A stretch of 64,000 bases of DNA from Octopus vulgaris. Lineage: Eukaryota. Made by a program: the position numbers and the translations under genes. Under the pieces are notes generated by a model. The model saw only the letters and a list, made by a program, of their open reading frames with translations. It had not been told where the DNA came from and ran no database searches. Below, one piece after another: positions 1 through 13,524 of the stretch; position 1 is the first letter of the stretch, and each line of letters begins with the position of its first letter. The stretch lies in NCBI GenBank assembly GCA_951406725.2, contig OX597816.1:148676001-148740000 (forward strand), written 5' to 3'.

Positions 1-145
1 ATTTTAGTCGAACGAATTTACCCCAGTACTTCTTTTAAGCTCGATACTTATTCTATCAATCTCTTTTACCGAACCGCTAGATCATGGTGAAGTTAACACA
101 CCAACACTGGTTGTCAAGCGGTGGAGGGGACAAACAGATACACAA

Positions 146-185
<40 letters not shown>

Positions 186-250
186 TACACACATACATAC
201 ACACAAACATACATAAATACACACACACAAATACACACACACAAACACAC
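1..250 (-). mobile_element. SINE family 1, 3' part, cut by window edge
   Basis: Matches 38905-39060 (tagtcga..ccccagtactt..tattctatc..ttttaccgaaccgctag..cacacca..ggttgtcaagc..ggggacaaaca), then (CA)n. Confidence 0.85.
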
Positions 251-1599
251 ACACATACATATACATATACTTATGTGTGTGCGTGGCGGGGTGAGTGTGT
301 GTGTAATGGAAATTGTGTCAAAATCCCGCTCAAACATGTAGATTGGGTTTGCCAATTCGGTTTATAAATATCCTCCAAAAACGTTGCTTAAAATTATTCC
401 TAATGCCCAATAGAATTTGTAAACTAAAGACATCAGGTTAATTTCTACTTTAAGGATTCTTTTCCATGATACCAAACTATAGGTCCTCTGTCGTTCTTCG
501 TTCTAAACCAAAGATCCACGGATAACATATAACTTCAGGCAAAAATCAGCCTCACTGTTTTTGAAATTTTAACAGAGTTATCAAGATGAGTTCATTTTAT
601 TACTAATGTAATAGAAATAGAAATAAGAAAACTTACACGAAATATTTACTCAATGAAATCGGTTTCCATGCAAGATCAAGCAATAAATTAAAGCTTTTGG
701 AGCGTTAAAAATCAATCACTAAAGTATATCTAAGTACAAAGAAGTTGGCCTTTGTAGGTTTTTGCCTGTTAGCTTAAAAAGAAACATGTAAAGTATATCT
801 TATTTTTCATTAGGACTAACGGTACATGTGCACCGAAAGATCAGAAAAAATGTTTATTGCAACTCTGAGTCTTCAGGTTCCACTTCAATTACAAATTCCT
901 TTGATTAACTTTTCTTTAGAAATTTACAGTTTTTTCCACATTTATCTCTGGATTTCAGAGTTATTTCATGTATGCGTTTTTTCGACGACTTACAGAAATT
1001 ATTGGAAAGAAACCTTGAGGCAGTCGTTTCCTGTTCATTTTTTTATACTTTTCGATACAATCTAATTCATTAAAAAACCGCTTGATATATCTGTATCCCT
1101 TAAAGACTTCCTTACTTAGGTTTTCCATCGAATATATTGATAACTTTCTCCTCCCTCAGTAGAGGTTCCTTTTACGACTACAACCCAAGCCTCGAATGTG
1201 CAGCTTTGATCAGAGGCAGGATATGTAAATGTTTGGATGCAGAGGCCAGATAATACTCAACGTTAATGCTTCTTTTTCCATATTTCTTCTTAATGCTGGA
1301 TGCTTTTCTCTTCCATATTTTCATATCCACCCCTACGACAAGGATGCCAGTGTGAATTTGGGTAGCTATGTCTCCCACTCTGGAATATTTCTTCTCTTGA
1401 AAGTGGCCTTCGGTTGATCTTTGCACCGCTATTTCTATCCTTCAGCCTGGTGACAACCATGGTTAAGTAGAAAAGTGAGCCAAATATGCGCAATATATAT
1501 TGAGTCGGTTTAGTGGATGTCTGTATAGTGCAGTGTCAGTTTGACAAAGGACTTCTGTGACTAAGGGGATTTTCTGCAGAAGCTGAATGTCAAACATCT

Positions 1600-2800
1600 C
1601 AAACTTTTCAATGCATCGGTTGTATGTAGGTGTGTCTCGCATCCGTACAGGAAAATGGAAATACAAAGTACCAACTACACGAGACACATGGTATGGAGTC
1701 TAAGAGAGTTCTTTAGAAAACTTTTTTCTAAGCCTTCTACATGCTACAGAAGCCTGTCTGATGCGATTTAGAGTCTTCCTTTAGAGAGGGCATTCATCAT
1801 AAATTTTGCTACTAAAGCGATGAATTGGGAAGATGTGTTTAGTTCCTACTATTAAAATAGGAGTGAAGAGAGAAGAATGTAGTATGCCATTAACTAATGA
1901 CCTTTTTTCTGGACCTTAATTTCAAACCCATTCTTTTAAAAACTTCAACAAATGTAAAGATGGTGACTTATAGAGGACCTGGAGTGTGTTACCAGAGCAC
2001 AGTAGTCATCCACACACTGTATGTTGCTCAACTATCGGTTGAGCTACAAACAGTGTGCTGATGACTTAGCTCAAATCGGAAGGATCAGTTCCGATCTGAA
2101 TTAAGCTGTGTGTTGTAGCCTTCGGATGTTGAAAAGATATTTGTTGAGTAAAAAGTTTGGTGAATCCCCCTCACTTTCTATTCTTTTACATGGCAGTAGG
2201 GTTACATAGATGGGGAAAATATCAAATAATACAGAAGCCAACATACAACCTTATTTTTACACTAAAGGGCTCAAATTTCAGGCCTCCAACTCTGGAAATA
2301 ATCCCTTTGGAGATTTTACGAATTTGGGTAAACCACCAAACTTTTTACGAATTTTACGAATTTGGGTAAACGAGATTTTACGAATTTGGGTAAACCACCA
2401 AACTTTCTGAGAACATTGCACATAATTTCCCTGCTTTCTATGTCAAAATATCTTTGGTAGCTCTACAAATGCAATGAAAAGATCTTGGTGTTGTTCATTG
2501 CATTTCACAACTACCCTATAACGAAGATCGTGCCAATTGTGTTCCGATTGCTGCGGAAGCGATACTGTGAACTTGGTGTGATGTACTCTAATATTGAGTG
2601 TATCAGTCCTTTAAGAATGACCTTGGTCAGGAACTTCTCAACGATAAGAAGCAGTGCTATACCTCTTCTGAAGAGTAATGTTATTTGTCTTCTTTGTTCA
2701 TATAGTAATATACACCTGGTTTTATATTCTTTTCATGTAGATAAGCAAAAACGACTGGGTAGCTAGATCTCATGAATTCGACTTTCTAACAAATTCACCT
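1600..2800 (+). pseudogene. Heavily decayed CR1/L2-like LINE reverse transcriptase remnant
   Basis: Motif relics: KQCADDL (YADD-like) near 2050, KDLGVV near 2480, putative PxNY-like segment near 1670; many stops and indels. Confidence 0.35.
2309..2408. repeat. Local tandem duplications of ttttacgaatttgggtaaac(caccaaac)
   Basis: Three near-identical units plus one partial unit. Confidence 0.9.
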
Positions 2801-3255
2801 TTTCATAAAGTTTAAATAAAGGATAAAAGGATCTAAGTAGTTTCTAACAACTATTTATCCTGTCCTTAATCCGAAATGAACTACAGATTTTGTTCCTACA
2901 TAATGAGTCTAAAGTATTTAGACTTTATAGATTGCGCGCTTTTTGATAAAGCTCTAAAACAGCTTGAAGTGACTTATATGAAACAAGCCAGTGGAATTTA
3001 TGCCAAATACATTCAAAGGCCCAATTTTAAAGCTATAACACCAGCAGAAAATAAATCGTCGTTTATAAGCCATTCTTCTCTGAGTAACATACATCAAACA
3101 TTATCAAGACTACAGGGAAAGAGAATAAGATACTAATATAAGACGATGGAAGAATGCTGGGTTTCTTGTAACAAATGCTTGTTGCATCTGAGTAAGCTTC
3201 TGATGTTAACGAGAGGAATTAAAGTGATAACGATTCTGCCAACTCTCCGCCTTGT

Positions 3256-4130
3256 CTATATATTACTACGCTAAGGCCAAAATGCATTAAGCTGTCACGT
3301 GACTAGTTGAAGGGAAAAGCAAAGAGCAAGAGAGAAAGAGAGAAAGGGAAGTGTCAACAACGTGAGGTAAGGGGAACGTAATATCTATGATGTGGTTAAA
3401 AAGTTAGTTGTAGAGTGTAATATAGAGAAAAGGAGTTAGAAATACAATGTTTAGCAGAGGGGTGACATTCTGGTGGTGCAATTAAAGAAAGGCAAACAGA
3501 CAGAGGTAAAAAGAGAGCGAGAGAAAGAGAGTTAGAGTGAGTGAGTGAGTGAGTGAGTGGAGAGAGAAAAGGGGGAGAGAGAAGTGACCATGACGTGTGG
3601 CAAGGGGAACCCCATATTTAGTACGTGGTTAAAAAGTGCAATTATATATCGTCTACTCGCTTGAAAATTGATATTTGCTCATAAAACATGGTTGACAGAC
3701 GATGTAAACTAACAAAAGAAAGAATATACAATGGTGTAAAGAGAAGCAGAGGGTCGAATCGCTAAAACAAGCATGGCAGTATCAGCGTGTAGCAGGAAAA
3801 ATTTGAATGAAAGAATATAGAGTGAGCTTTTACAACAGATAAGCGAGCGTGTTCAAGATACAATATAAAATGAAAATGAGAGAGAACGTCAAAAGAACCG
3901 TAAACCTCTGGAGGAAAGTTTCGACATTGGCAACATGAATATTCTTTGTAATAATTGTGAAGCTCTTAGATTTATAAATGGACCTCTGAAATGCTGAGAG
4001 AATGGGAAAATCATGTTCTTTCAATTACAGCCTTAGTCAGAAGTAAAAGGTGTTCTTAAATGAAAATAATGCAGAATATACAATTTATAAAGGAACATTA
4101 ATTTTTATAGCTCTGAATAAACCTACATCC
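3256..4130 (+). mobile_element. Helitron 5' fragment with RepHel N-terminal zinc-finger relic
   Basis: From 3920 reads FDIGNMNILCNNCEALRFINGPLKC*ENGKIMFFQLQP, matching the Helitron IGxMxxxCxxCxAL(K/R)F..CCxxGK pattern; a TC-tatata start near 3257 is putative. Confidence 0.6.
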
Positions 4131-4148
4131 ATCTAAAAAAATCCCACG

Positions 4149-4501
4149 AGTACTTTTACTCTTTTATTTGTTTCAGTCATTTGACTGCGGTCATGCTGGA
4201 GCACCGCCTTTAGTCGAGCAACTCGACCCCGGGACTTATTCTTTGTAAGCCCAGTACTTATTCTATCGGTCTCTTTTGCCGAACCGTAAACACACCAGCA
4301 TCGGTTGTCAAGCAATGCTAGGGGGACAAACACAGACACACAAACACACACAAACATATATATACATATATACGACAAGCTTCTTTCAGTTTCCGTCTAC
4401 CAAATCCACTCACAAGTGCCGAAGATGCCACGCAGTGGGACTGAACCCGGAACCATGTGGTTGGTTAGCAAGCTACTTACCACACAGCCACTCCTAGTAC
4501 T
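4149..4501 (-). mobile_element. SINE family 1 (tRNA head, CORE-like body), internal deletions, 6-bp TSD
   Basis: Near-identical to 38843-39243; AGTACT at 4149-4154 and 4496-4501. Confidence 0.95.
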
Positions 4502-4539
4502 GCTAGTTAATTATAAATATTATAAATTTAATTTATTAC

Positions 4540-6710
4540 AGAAACAGTTCGACTGTTTTACCTATTACCTTATACTTTGTAATTTTCCCTGTCTTATGTA
4601 TTAATATGATACGTCAATGATATTCCGTTCTAATATTTCTTTCATTTGTGTGCGATGTACTTTATCTAGTTTATTATTTTCTCAGTCTTCGAAAGCTGTT
4701 TGGTGTCATTCTCTTATCTCTTGCTTCATTTTCACACAGTATGAGAGTAATTTTATTCATAGTTTTGTCGGTAACTGTGTCTAACAATGTTTCCAATTGT
4801 TTCACTACATATATTCATGCAAAACAAACAGTTACTAATGTACAATCTCTTTACTGCACAGCTTCCTTACTCATGGACAAAATTCAAATTAATTCACTAA
4901 AACCTTTACAATTTCTCGTGTCTTATTGCGATGATCACACAACTTCACCATAACCAAAACAGCGTCTCAAACACTAAACTTCCTCATTAGGCATCCTATC
5001 AGTTCCAGTGTAGCCTGAATGCTGCGCGAGTTAATAGTACATATTACGCTTGTAATATTGTCTTAAATAACAGCATTCCGGTTGTCAAACATGATCCGAA
5101 TTTGTTACACAACAATATGAATCATAACATGCACCGTTAGTTATCCACCCAGCTGCTTTTGATAACGATCGTGTGTAGTTTATTCAGGCAATGTTTTGTC
5201 TGCTGAGATGGAAATGCCTCTAAGAAGGAACTTTTGTGTGTCATATTTACAACAACATCTGATAGGCTTGCTTTTTTTTTTTCACTTGTTCATTTTGTTC
5301 AGTAATGTTCAAAATGATTGTAGTTCCATGACTATTAAACATTCTCTGGAATATGTTTGCATTAGCTTCGTTTCCTGTGAATTTTGTAATAGTACACTTT
5401 CCAGTGAATTACATCGTTTGTAACTCTGGTGAATTTTTTTAATCAGGTAGGTTTTACCAAGCCTTAGTATTCTTAAATAAGTAGATTGTGTTTTCTTTAA
5501 ATCATATTGTCAACAATATTCACTTAACTTTTTTATAGTAGTCACTGATTTTTTTCTTCTATTTTCTACAGAACTTTTCCGGCAAAACAGAATACATGAA
5601 AAACGCATGGACAGAACATAATTGTCTCGGCCTTAACTCCGAGCCAATGAAATCCCTCTTGCTGGTCACTGTTTTTGTGTTTTTTGTTTCTTTTTTTTTT
5701 ATCTAATTAGTTTCTACTTTGTAATTTTTATTCTGTATATATACAGACAGGAAGAGAGGGGGAGACAAACAAACAAAGAGACTTATCTTTTTTGCTAGTG
5801 TTGCTTTACTCCCTAATCAGTTTTCCGTTTCTTAGTTACAAGTATTTTTGTAAACTCATATTAGTGGAATATTGACGTCGCTATAACCAACCTTTCTTGT
5901 CTCTTAAGTCTGTAACTGTTTTTTAATATTAACCTGACCCGTCTGTAGTAATTATTTTCTAATATTCTCTTTCATTTCTGTATGATGTATCTTTCCAGGA
6001 TCATTTATTTCTTAGTATTTGTATGAGTAGTTTAGTACTAATTATCTGATCACAATGTCTAAATCTAATTTAATATTCTTATTTTTAATTAATTTGCTTC
6101 TTTTTACCACAGTTTTGGCACACATAGTGAATACTATATTCATTTTTAAGTATACAACTGAATACAGATCTGTTTAGCTTGAATGTGTGCAATGTTTTAT
6201 GTCGCTTATTTCTTACTTCATAATACACATGAAGTATTCTATGCAATATGTATGCAATGCTTATAATTCCTGGAATCTGGGTTATGCAACATTTTAATCA
6301 TTCTAATGCATCTGCCACGGTGGCTATTGATTATCTTTATTTCAATTATTCATCGTTATTTTATTGATATTTTCTCCATTTCTTTTGGTATACCTGACTG
6401 TTTGTTAGGAAAAAAATATCTTTATCAATAGTCCGGGCCATTAATTCTCTGATAGTCTGGACAACAAAATCCAGAATTGACACATTACACAGTAACACAG
6501 TATTGTCAGTTTGTCATTCTCTGAGGCGTTTTATTGTATTTAATAAAGCAACATCATGGAACATCATATTGTTGCTTAATTGTAATACATGGCAGCTCAG
6601 GCTCTGGCATTGCAGAGTCGGATCTACAGTTAAAGTTGATGCCTTCGATGTTGCTTGCCTTGCTGTAAGCTCTATGGTATCGTGCCTACCCATTTCTGGC
6701 ATCCTATGAG
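4540..6710 (-). pseudogene. Ancient fragments of R4/Dong-type LINE ORF (several pieces)
   Basis: Minus-strand relics such as HTEMKENIRK..YYRRVRLILK (5920-6000) and a second copy of the same segment at 4560-4680; very degraded. Confidence 0.5.
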
Positions 6711-6841
6711 TCGATGAGCCTGGATTCTAATGATTCCTTATGACTAAATTGTGTGTGTGTGTCTATGTGTGTGTGTGTAGTCAATAAAACATATATCAGA
6801 AAAGAAGCACACTCAAAAACAAAAAGTTAAATTCTGGTCAT

Positions 6842-6903
6842 AGAGTTACCAAAGGTTTCGTATCCACGAAAGCCACCGCCTTGTGGACAGCTCATCAAAC
6901 TCT
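6842..6903 (-). ncRNA. Minimal type I hammerhead ribozyme in PLE pLTR (C3U)
   Basis: AGAGU-UUGAUGA-[G..UGUCCAC..GUGGAUA C]-GAAA-CC UUU GG-UA-ACUCU; stems I, II and III pair. Confidence 0.8.
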
Positions 6904-7578
6904 GTACAAAGACAAAACAGTTAAACTTTCTACGAGGCGGACGTGAGGAAACACTCAGATATCGAGATTTAACGGCTAACGTATGAAAACATTAATGAGG
7001 ACGGATTATCTCCCCTTTATTAGAGGATGAAAAGCCCTTACAGACCCGACATAGCCTAACCAGCAAACGGGGAGATTTAATATTCCAGTAGTAACACTTG
7101 AAATGGACACATTTAGAGAAAACTTCTTAACGACTATTCAACGCGCCAGATTTAGCATAGTCCTTAAGAATTTTAATTCTCTCCGCAATACAGATTTTGC
7201 CACAACAACTACCATTAATATATGGGCCTGGATGAGCCATTATTTTCCGCCTGATATCACATGGGGTCTCTTTGATGTGCCACACATAGCTGGCCAGAAA
7301 CGTGACAAAACGTCTTTCTGGGTCTCTGAAGGATGACTGGTGGCTGCGGAAGCAACGTTTGAAAGATGTAGTGGCCGATCCGATATATTTACAAACTTGG
7401 GAAGTGGCTATACGCACTCCTGATATATCTCTGGTAGGATCCGGGCCTGGGAATGCTATTGGTAACACCGTTGCAGACGCTGTCGATATGGCGCGATGAT
7501 CCAGCGGTGTTATCGCCGTGGTTATCGTTTCTGGTCATATGGTTGGCCATGTAGCATCCGGCGTTAGTGTGGGTGCGG

Positions 7579-7888
7579 CTGGTGGTAACATATGATGTGG
7601 GGCCGGTCAACTCATCGGTGTCGATGATAATTGTTTGGTCATAGTCTGTGGTGGTAGTACTGGGGACGCCGGATACCTCCTCTGTGTCACTGGTCCTAGA
7701 TTGGTCATCATCTCTAAGTGTGGCGATTGTACTGGTGGTAACATATGGTGCGGCCCTGATCACTCTATTGGTTTCGATAATAACGGTTTGTTCATGATCT
7801 GTGGTGGTGACACTGGGGCTGTTTGTTACCTCCCCTGTGTCGCTGGTTCCGGGCTGGTCATCATCTCTGGCTGTGGCGATTGTACTGG
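7579..7888 (-). repeat. Two tandem 153-bp (51-aa) Thr/Asp/Glu-rich repeats inside the PLE nuclease
   Basis: Anchor ctgg(t/c)g at 7579, 7732 and 7885; ORF 7931-7389 shows STIATARDDDQ..YVTT then STIATLRDDDQ..YVTT. Confidence 0.9.
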
Positions 7889-8492
7889 CGTGAAACTCGG
7901 TTAATCTGCTATTATTTGTTGGATGGCGCATTGCTGATAATGCGGATAGCAGGTCTAGGTGTCACCGTAGCTTCATAGATGACTCCTTCGGCCTCGCATA
8001 GGCCTCCTACTGGACAGTTATTGTATACTCTGCAGGAGCAACTTGCCTCCTTTCTTGTATTGTAGGTGCTTTTTAAAATGCTTTTTTATGTTAGCTACAT
8101 AACTAAAGGAGACTCTTCAATTGTGCCTGTTAAATAATTGCCTTCTCTATGTGTGCGAGTGAAATGTTTATCTATTAATCTGAAGAAAAACCTTCCCACA
8201 TAAGTCATGACGTTGAGCGAGATGGGTGGAGTAAACCAAACGACGTTTCTGCGACGCCTCCTTTTCCGGGTAATAAGGCCTGACATGTAGGAGATGGGGC
8301 CCTTAAACCCACACGATGCCAGTGCCTCGTTGTAGTAGGGGGCAGTGGCATCGAAGATATCTTGGTCAGAGAATAGATTCGAGATTCTCTTGCTTATACC
8401 CCTCACTAGTGTCTTAAAAACTATCGTGAATACGAACCCTTTGCTAACTCTATGACCAGAATTTAACTTTTTATTTTAATATATATGTGGAT

Positions 8493-9026
<534 letters not shown>

Positions 9027-9089
9027 ATATATATATTGGCGGTGCCCCAGCATGGACACAGCTCGTGAGATGAAACTAGATAAAATAAA

Positions 9090-9093
<4 letters not shown>

Positions 9094-9166
<73 letters not shown>

Positions 9167-9323
9167 TGTATGTATGTATGTATGTATGTATGTATGTATG
9201 TATGTATGTATGTATGTATACGTATGTGTGTATGTACATATATACATGCATGCATGCGTACATACATGCATGCATGCATGCATGCATGCGTACATACATG
9301 CATGCATACATACATACATACAT

Positions 9324-9403
<80 letters not shown>
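9094..9403. repeat. Compound microsatellite (TA)n(TATG)n(CATG)n(CATA)n(CAGA)n
   Basis: Directly visible. Confidence 0.98.
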
Positions 9404-9404
<1 letters not shown>

Positions 9405-9479
9405 GCTAACGCTGGATTGTCAGAAACAACATGATTTATTATTTCTTCACAGCCTCCATAGATTCTACTGTTATAATTT

Positions 9480-10750
9480 TGTATTCTACTCCATTATATA
9501 TTTTGCTAGTTTTGCTTTTTTGTCCTTGTCGGAAAGCTTTGGTCTTGTCCTTGTCAAAAATCATTCGATCTCAGTCTTTCCTCCTTTCTGCAGTCTAACC
9601 ATGCATTCACCATGTAAGACTTAGTTTGATATACTTTAGTAATATGCCATCTTGGATTTTTAGTTTTAGCAATTTCTCTCTTTTTTCTTTCCTCTTCACG
9701 TCTGTCTACTAACTCGGCCTCTGTTGGTTTCACTGAGGACAGAAAACCACTTTTAGCTTTTTATTTTACTCAAAATTGTAATTATTTTTATTGATTTCCC
9801 TTTATTTATTGTGCTTCCTTTTTTCTTTGTTCATAGAGTACATATCTTATAATAATTGTATAGTTGTGGAAGACTCTTATCATCCTATATCTGAGGTAAA
9901 TGTAGCCTTCTTGCTTCGGATTTTGGGCCGGATATACAAAATGCAGTCATTGCTTTTATTTTTTTTAATTTAGACTTAATACAGTTTGGAATAATATAAC
10001 TAATTTATTACAAGAACAGTTAAAACATTAATGCCAATTACTTTGTATTTTGCATGAAATTCTGTTTTATGTGATAATACAATGTGCCTTTTCCCTAAAC
10101 TTTTTTGTGTGTAATTAATTTGTAAGTCTATGCGAAGTATATTTATACCTGGCCCTCTGCCTAACATGATAATAATGATATTTTTAAATTTTCTTCTCGT
10201 CGGCTTTGCTTTACTGAATATCATATAAATCTATGTAATATCTCTAACCCACTACTTTATCTGCAGTGTAAAAGTTTGTAATCCAAAACAAATTATGCCA
10301 AGCTGTCCTTCCATAACATTTGTATCTGTGTACCAATGTATTTGAATTTACCTGGGTTAGCTCTTGGTTAAAAATGGAAAATCACCTAGATTCATAAAAA
10401 TGTTATGGAAGGGCATTCAAACATAAAAGTATATGTAGAAAAGTAGTCTCATCGGCAAATTCATCTGGTAGAAATGGGATTTATTTTTACAATTCCCTTT
10501 TTTGTTTTTATTCGGCGAATTGTTTGCCGTATATTCTTTATTATTACTATTGCTACATTACCTAACTCTAATGTTTCCAGAATCTATATGTAAGAGATGC
10601 TGCCCAAACACTTTCTTGCTGTCAAATCATGTCATTCTCAGTCTTTCGTTTATGACTTTACAACCATATGAAACCATTTGGGGTATTTCTATTCTTCTCA
10701 GAGTGATTTGCTGTTTGCAGTTACGTCTTTTAAGCTGCAAATAGGCAAGT
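9480..10750 (-). pseudogene. Ancient R4/Dong-type LINE RT-to-C-terminal remnant
   Basis: KTEFHAKYKVIGINVLTVLVIN (ORF 10224-10000) and a QDQSFPT relic near 9525-9550, homologous to AQDQSLPT of the young copies. Confidence 0.6.
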
Positions 10751-11179
10751 TATGGTTTTGTACTTGGGTAGTGGAGGTTGCTTCTTCTACTCTTAAAGAG
10801 TAAAAGAGTTTTACAGTTTGTAAACCAGCCGGGTGTTGTCTCTGGTTCTTTAAATCAGCCACTGAATATTCCGTGCGTATTGTTGCATTGTATGCGTACG
10901 TTTGTGTGTGTGTACGCATGAGTGTTTGTCAGTGTGGGACCTCTGTGTGTGTGCGTGTGTGTGCGCGAGCAAGCATGTGTAGATATGTAGGTTGAATCTA
11001 CCTGGAAATTGTGTTCACACGTGGTGACCGTTTATGTGAATGCAATACATTTCCTGTGTCAAGTAAAACACAATAAAATAACACTAATAAGTTACTGTAT
11101 TACTTACACGGGTGTCCCTCACGCTTTTCATATTTTTTCTTCGTTATTCATTGACCCTGGATCTTCGGAAGAAGAAATG

Positions 11180-11183
11180 TTGA

Positions 11184-11217
<34 letters not shown>

Positions 11218-11520
11218 GGTGGTGGTGGTGGTGGTGGTGGTGGTGGTGGTGGTGGTGGTGGTGGTGGTGGTGGTGGTGGTGGTGGTGGTGGTAATGATGA
11301 TGATGATGATGATGATGAGGAGGAGGAGGAGGAGGAAATGATTATGAGGAAATGATGATGGTGTTGGTGGTGGTGCTGGTGGTGCTGGTGATCATGATGA
11401 CGATGGTGATGACGATGATGATGATAATGATGTTGAAAACGACGATGATGATGATTATGATGATGTTGACGACGACGATGATGGTGACGATGCTTATATG
11501 AGGATTATGATGACGATGAC
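11180..11520. repeat. Compound trinucleotide tract (GAT)(GGT)(GAT)(GAG) with degenerate continuation
   Basis: Directly visible. Confidence 0.95.
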
Positions 11521-11559
11521 ATATATGTATATGCACGAAGTTAGAAATAAAGTATTTGG

Positions 11560-11706
11560 CTAGTGCTTTGTTTTATCGAGGCCCGGCGGGAGAATGAAGA
11601 CAAACTCAACCTCGTTGGAATTTGAACTTTGGAATGTAAAGGGTCGTGGAATACCGCAAGGCATTTTGTATGATTCTACTAATTCTGTCAAATGATTCGC
11701 CACCTG
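11560..11706 (-). mobile_element. SINE family 2, degraded
   Basis: ttttatcga..gaatgaagacaaactcaacctcgttggaatttgaact..ataccgcaaggcatttt matches 13255-13385. Confidence 0.7.
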
Positions 11707-12645
11707 CTTCTATAACCGAAGTATTAAGACAACTACTCTAAATGTTGTAACGGTTGTTGTAGTCGTGGTGCTAGAGGCAGCAGCGGCGGTGGTGGCGGCG
11801 GCTGTGGTGGTAGCGGCGGCGGCGGTTGTAGTAATAGTAGTGTTCCAACTGTTGATGATTCCACCACCACTCCATGCTGGTGATGAAAGTGGTTAAATTA
11901 GCGATAGTGATGTGACTATGACGGAACCATCCACTCATGTCCCCTCTATACTGCTGTTACTGTTCTAGCCAATTGTGCTACCGTGTTACAGCTACGTGAA
12001 TCAAAAAAGGTAAAACTTGGAAATTCTTCGTTGAAGGTGACTATATTCCTTTCATCTTGTCACCTTTCCCGTTATTGTTGCTTTTGCTATTTTTGTTGTT
12101 AAATATATTTTTTGTTTGTTTGTTTCAGTATCTACGAATTGCTTCGAAGCTGAAGACACCGAATTCTTATTTTTCCTCTGATGCAATCTGTCGTTGCCAT
12201 GGCTACATTAGTGATGTTACTACTAAACCAGATGCTTGACATATATCTTTCTCTGACCATCTCTCTGTCACTCTATTTCTCTCTATTTTTCTCTCTCCCT
12301 TCCTCCTCATCTCTCTTTCTCTCTCTTTCCCTCCCTCTCTTTCTCTCTCTCTCTCTCACTCTCTCTTTTCGGTGACACTCTTTTTCACTCCCCGTGTATT
12401 ATATTTGGCACCAGTGAATGTTATAAATATTACTATTTCTTCATAGGATTTGTCTCTTGAGAAAACCAAAAGTTTGTAAATCCAAAATTTTAAAACAGGT
12501 GTTGCTTCTCGAATTGAAAAAAAAATCAAATAAATGGAAAGTGTCGCTAAAAGAAAACAAGTTCCCAATACGGGTGACAACTGTGAAAAAAATTACAGAG
12601 CCAAGATGCACCATGCATGTCTCTCCGATTTAATAATAATAATAA

Positions 12646-12783
12646 GTCGGAAACTAGCAAAATCGTCAGGGATTTCCCAATCCAAACGGATCAGGTGCTA
12701 AAGCATAACTGACCGGACCTAGTGGTGGTAGACAAGGTGCACCACATATGCTATGTAGTAGATGCTGCATAGAAGGAAGAAGA

Positions 12784-12851
<68 letters not shown>

Positions 12852-13150
12852 ATACAACCCTCTTAAGTACGAAATAGACTGCTTTGGAAAATGAAAAAGG
12901 TAAGATAGTGCCAATTATTACTGGGTCCTTGGGAACAGTATCAGAAAGCATCAAAAGGAATATCAAGGAAATTATAAAATAGTGTCCAGTAGAACTATAA
13001 CAAAAGACTTGCCTCCTTGGCACGGCCAGAATAATCAGGAATGTATTAGATAGCTGGAAAGGACAGATAGCATAGTACCGTAGGCTGCAGGTAGTAGGCC
13101 CATTATGCATGCAAGACTCCAGGAGCTCGAACAAAACCTGTGCTAAGGAG
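12646..13150 (+). mobile_element. R4/Dong-type RLE LINE family C, 3' fragment inserted in (AAT)n
   Basis: DFPIQTDQVLKHN*PDLVVVDK..KYNPLKYEI..IVPIITGSLGTV..QKTCLLGTARIIRNVLDS; (AAT)n on both sides. Confidence 0.88.
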
Positions 13151-13172
13151 AAATAATAATAATAATAATAAT

Positions 13173-13383
13173 CCTTTCTATTATAGGCACAAGGCCTGAA
13201 GTTTTGTGGAACGGAACTAGTCGATTACATCGACCCCAGTGCGTAACTGGTACTTAATTTATAGACCCCGAAAGGATGAATGGCAAAGTCGACCACGGCG
13301 GAATTTGAACTCAGAACGTAAGGACGGACGAAATACCGCTAAGCATTTTGCCAGTGTGCTAATGATTCTGCCAGCTCACCGCT

Positions 13384-13384
<1 letters not shown>
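13173..13384 (-). mobile_element. SINE family 2 (tRNA-derived, (ATT)n tail)
   Basis: Minus strand aagcggtgagctggcagaatcattag..gagttcaaattcc (B box)..ttcatcctttcggggtctataaattaagtaccag; other copies at 17196 and 36266. Confidence 0.92.
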
Positions 13385-13466
<82 letters not shown>

Positions 13467-13524
13467 AAGAAGAAGAAGAAGAAGAAGAAGAAGAAGAAGA
13501 AGAAGAAGAAGAAGAAGAAGAAGA
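13385..13524. repeat. (AAT)n(AAG)n tail tract
   Basis: Directly visible. Confidence 0.98.

Larger units (their letters stand above)
6780..8477 (-). mobile_element. 5'-truncated Penelope-like element: RT thumb/linker, GIY-YIG nuclease, 3' pLTR with hammerhead, inverted pLTR piece at 5' end
   Basis: 8406-8095 ISKRISNL..APYYNEALASCGF..VVWFTPP..LIDKHF; CSCRVYNNCPVGGLC..VIYEATV near 8040-7965; KYIGSATTSFKR..H..SF..LASYVWHIK..ICIAE..LNSR at 7390-7130; 6816-6869 repeated inverted at 8424-8477. Confidence 0.92.
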
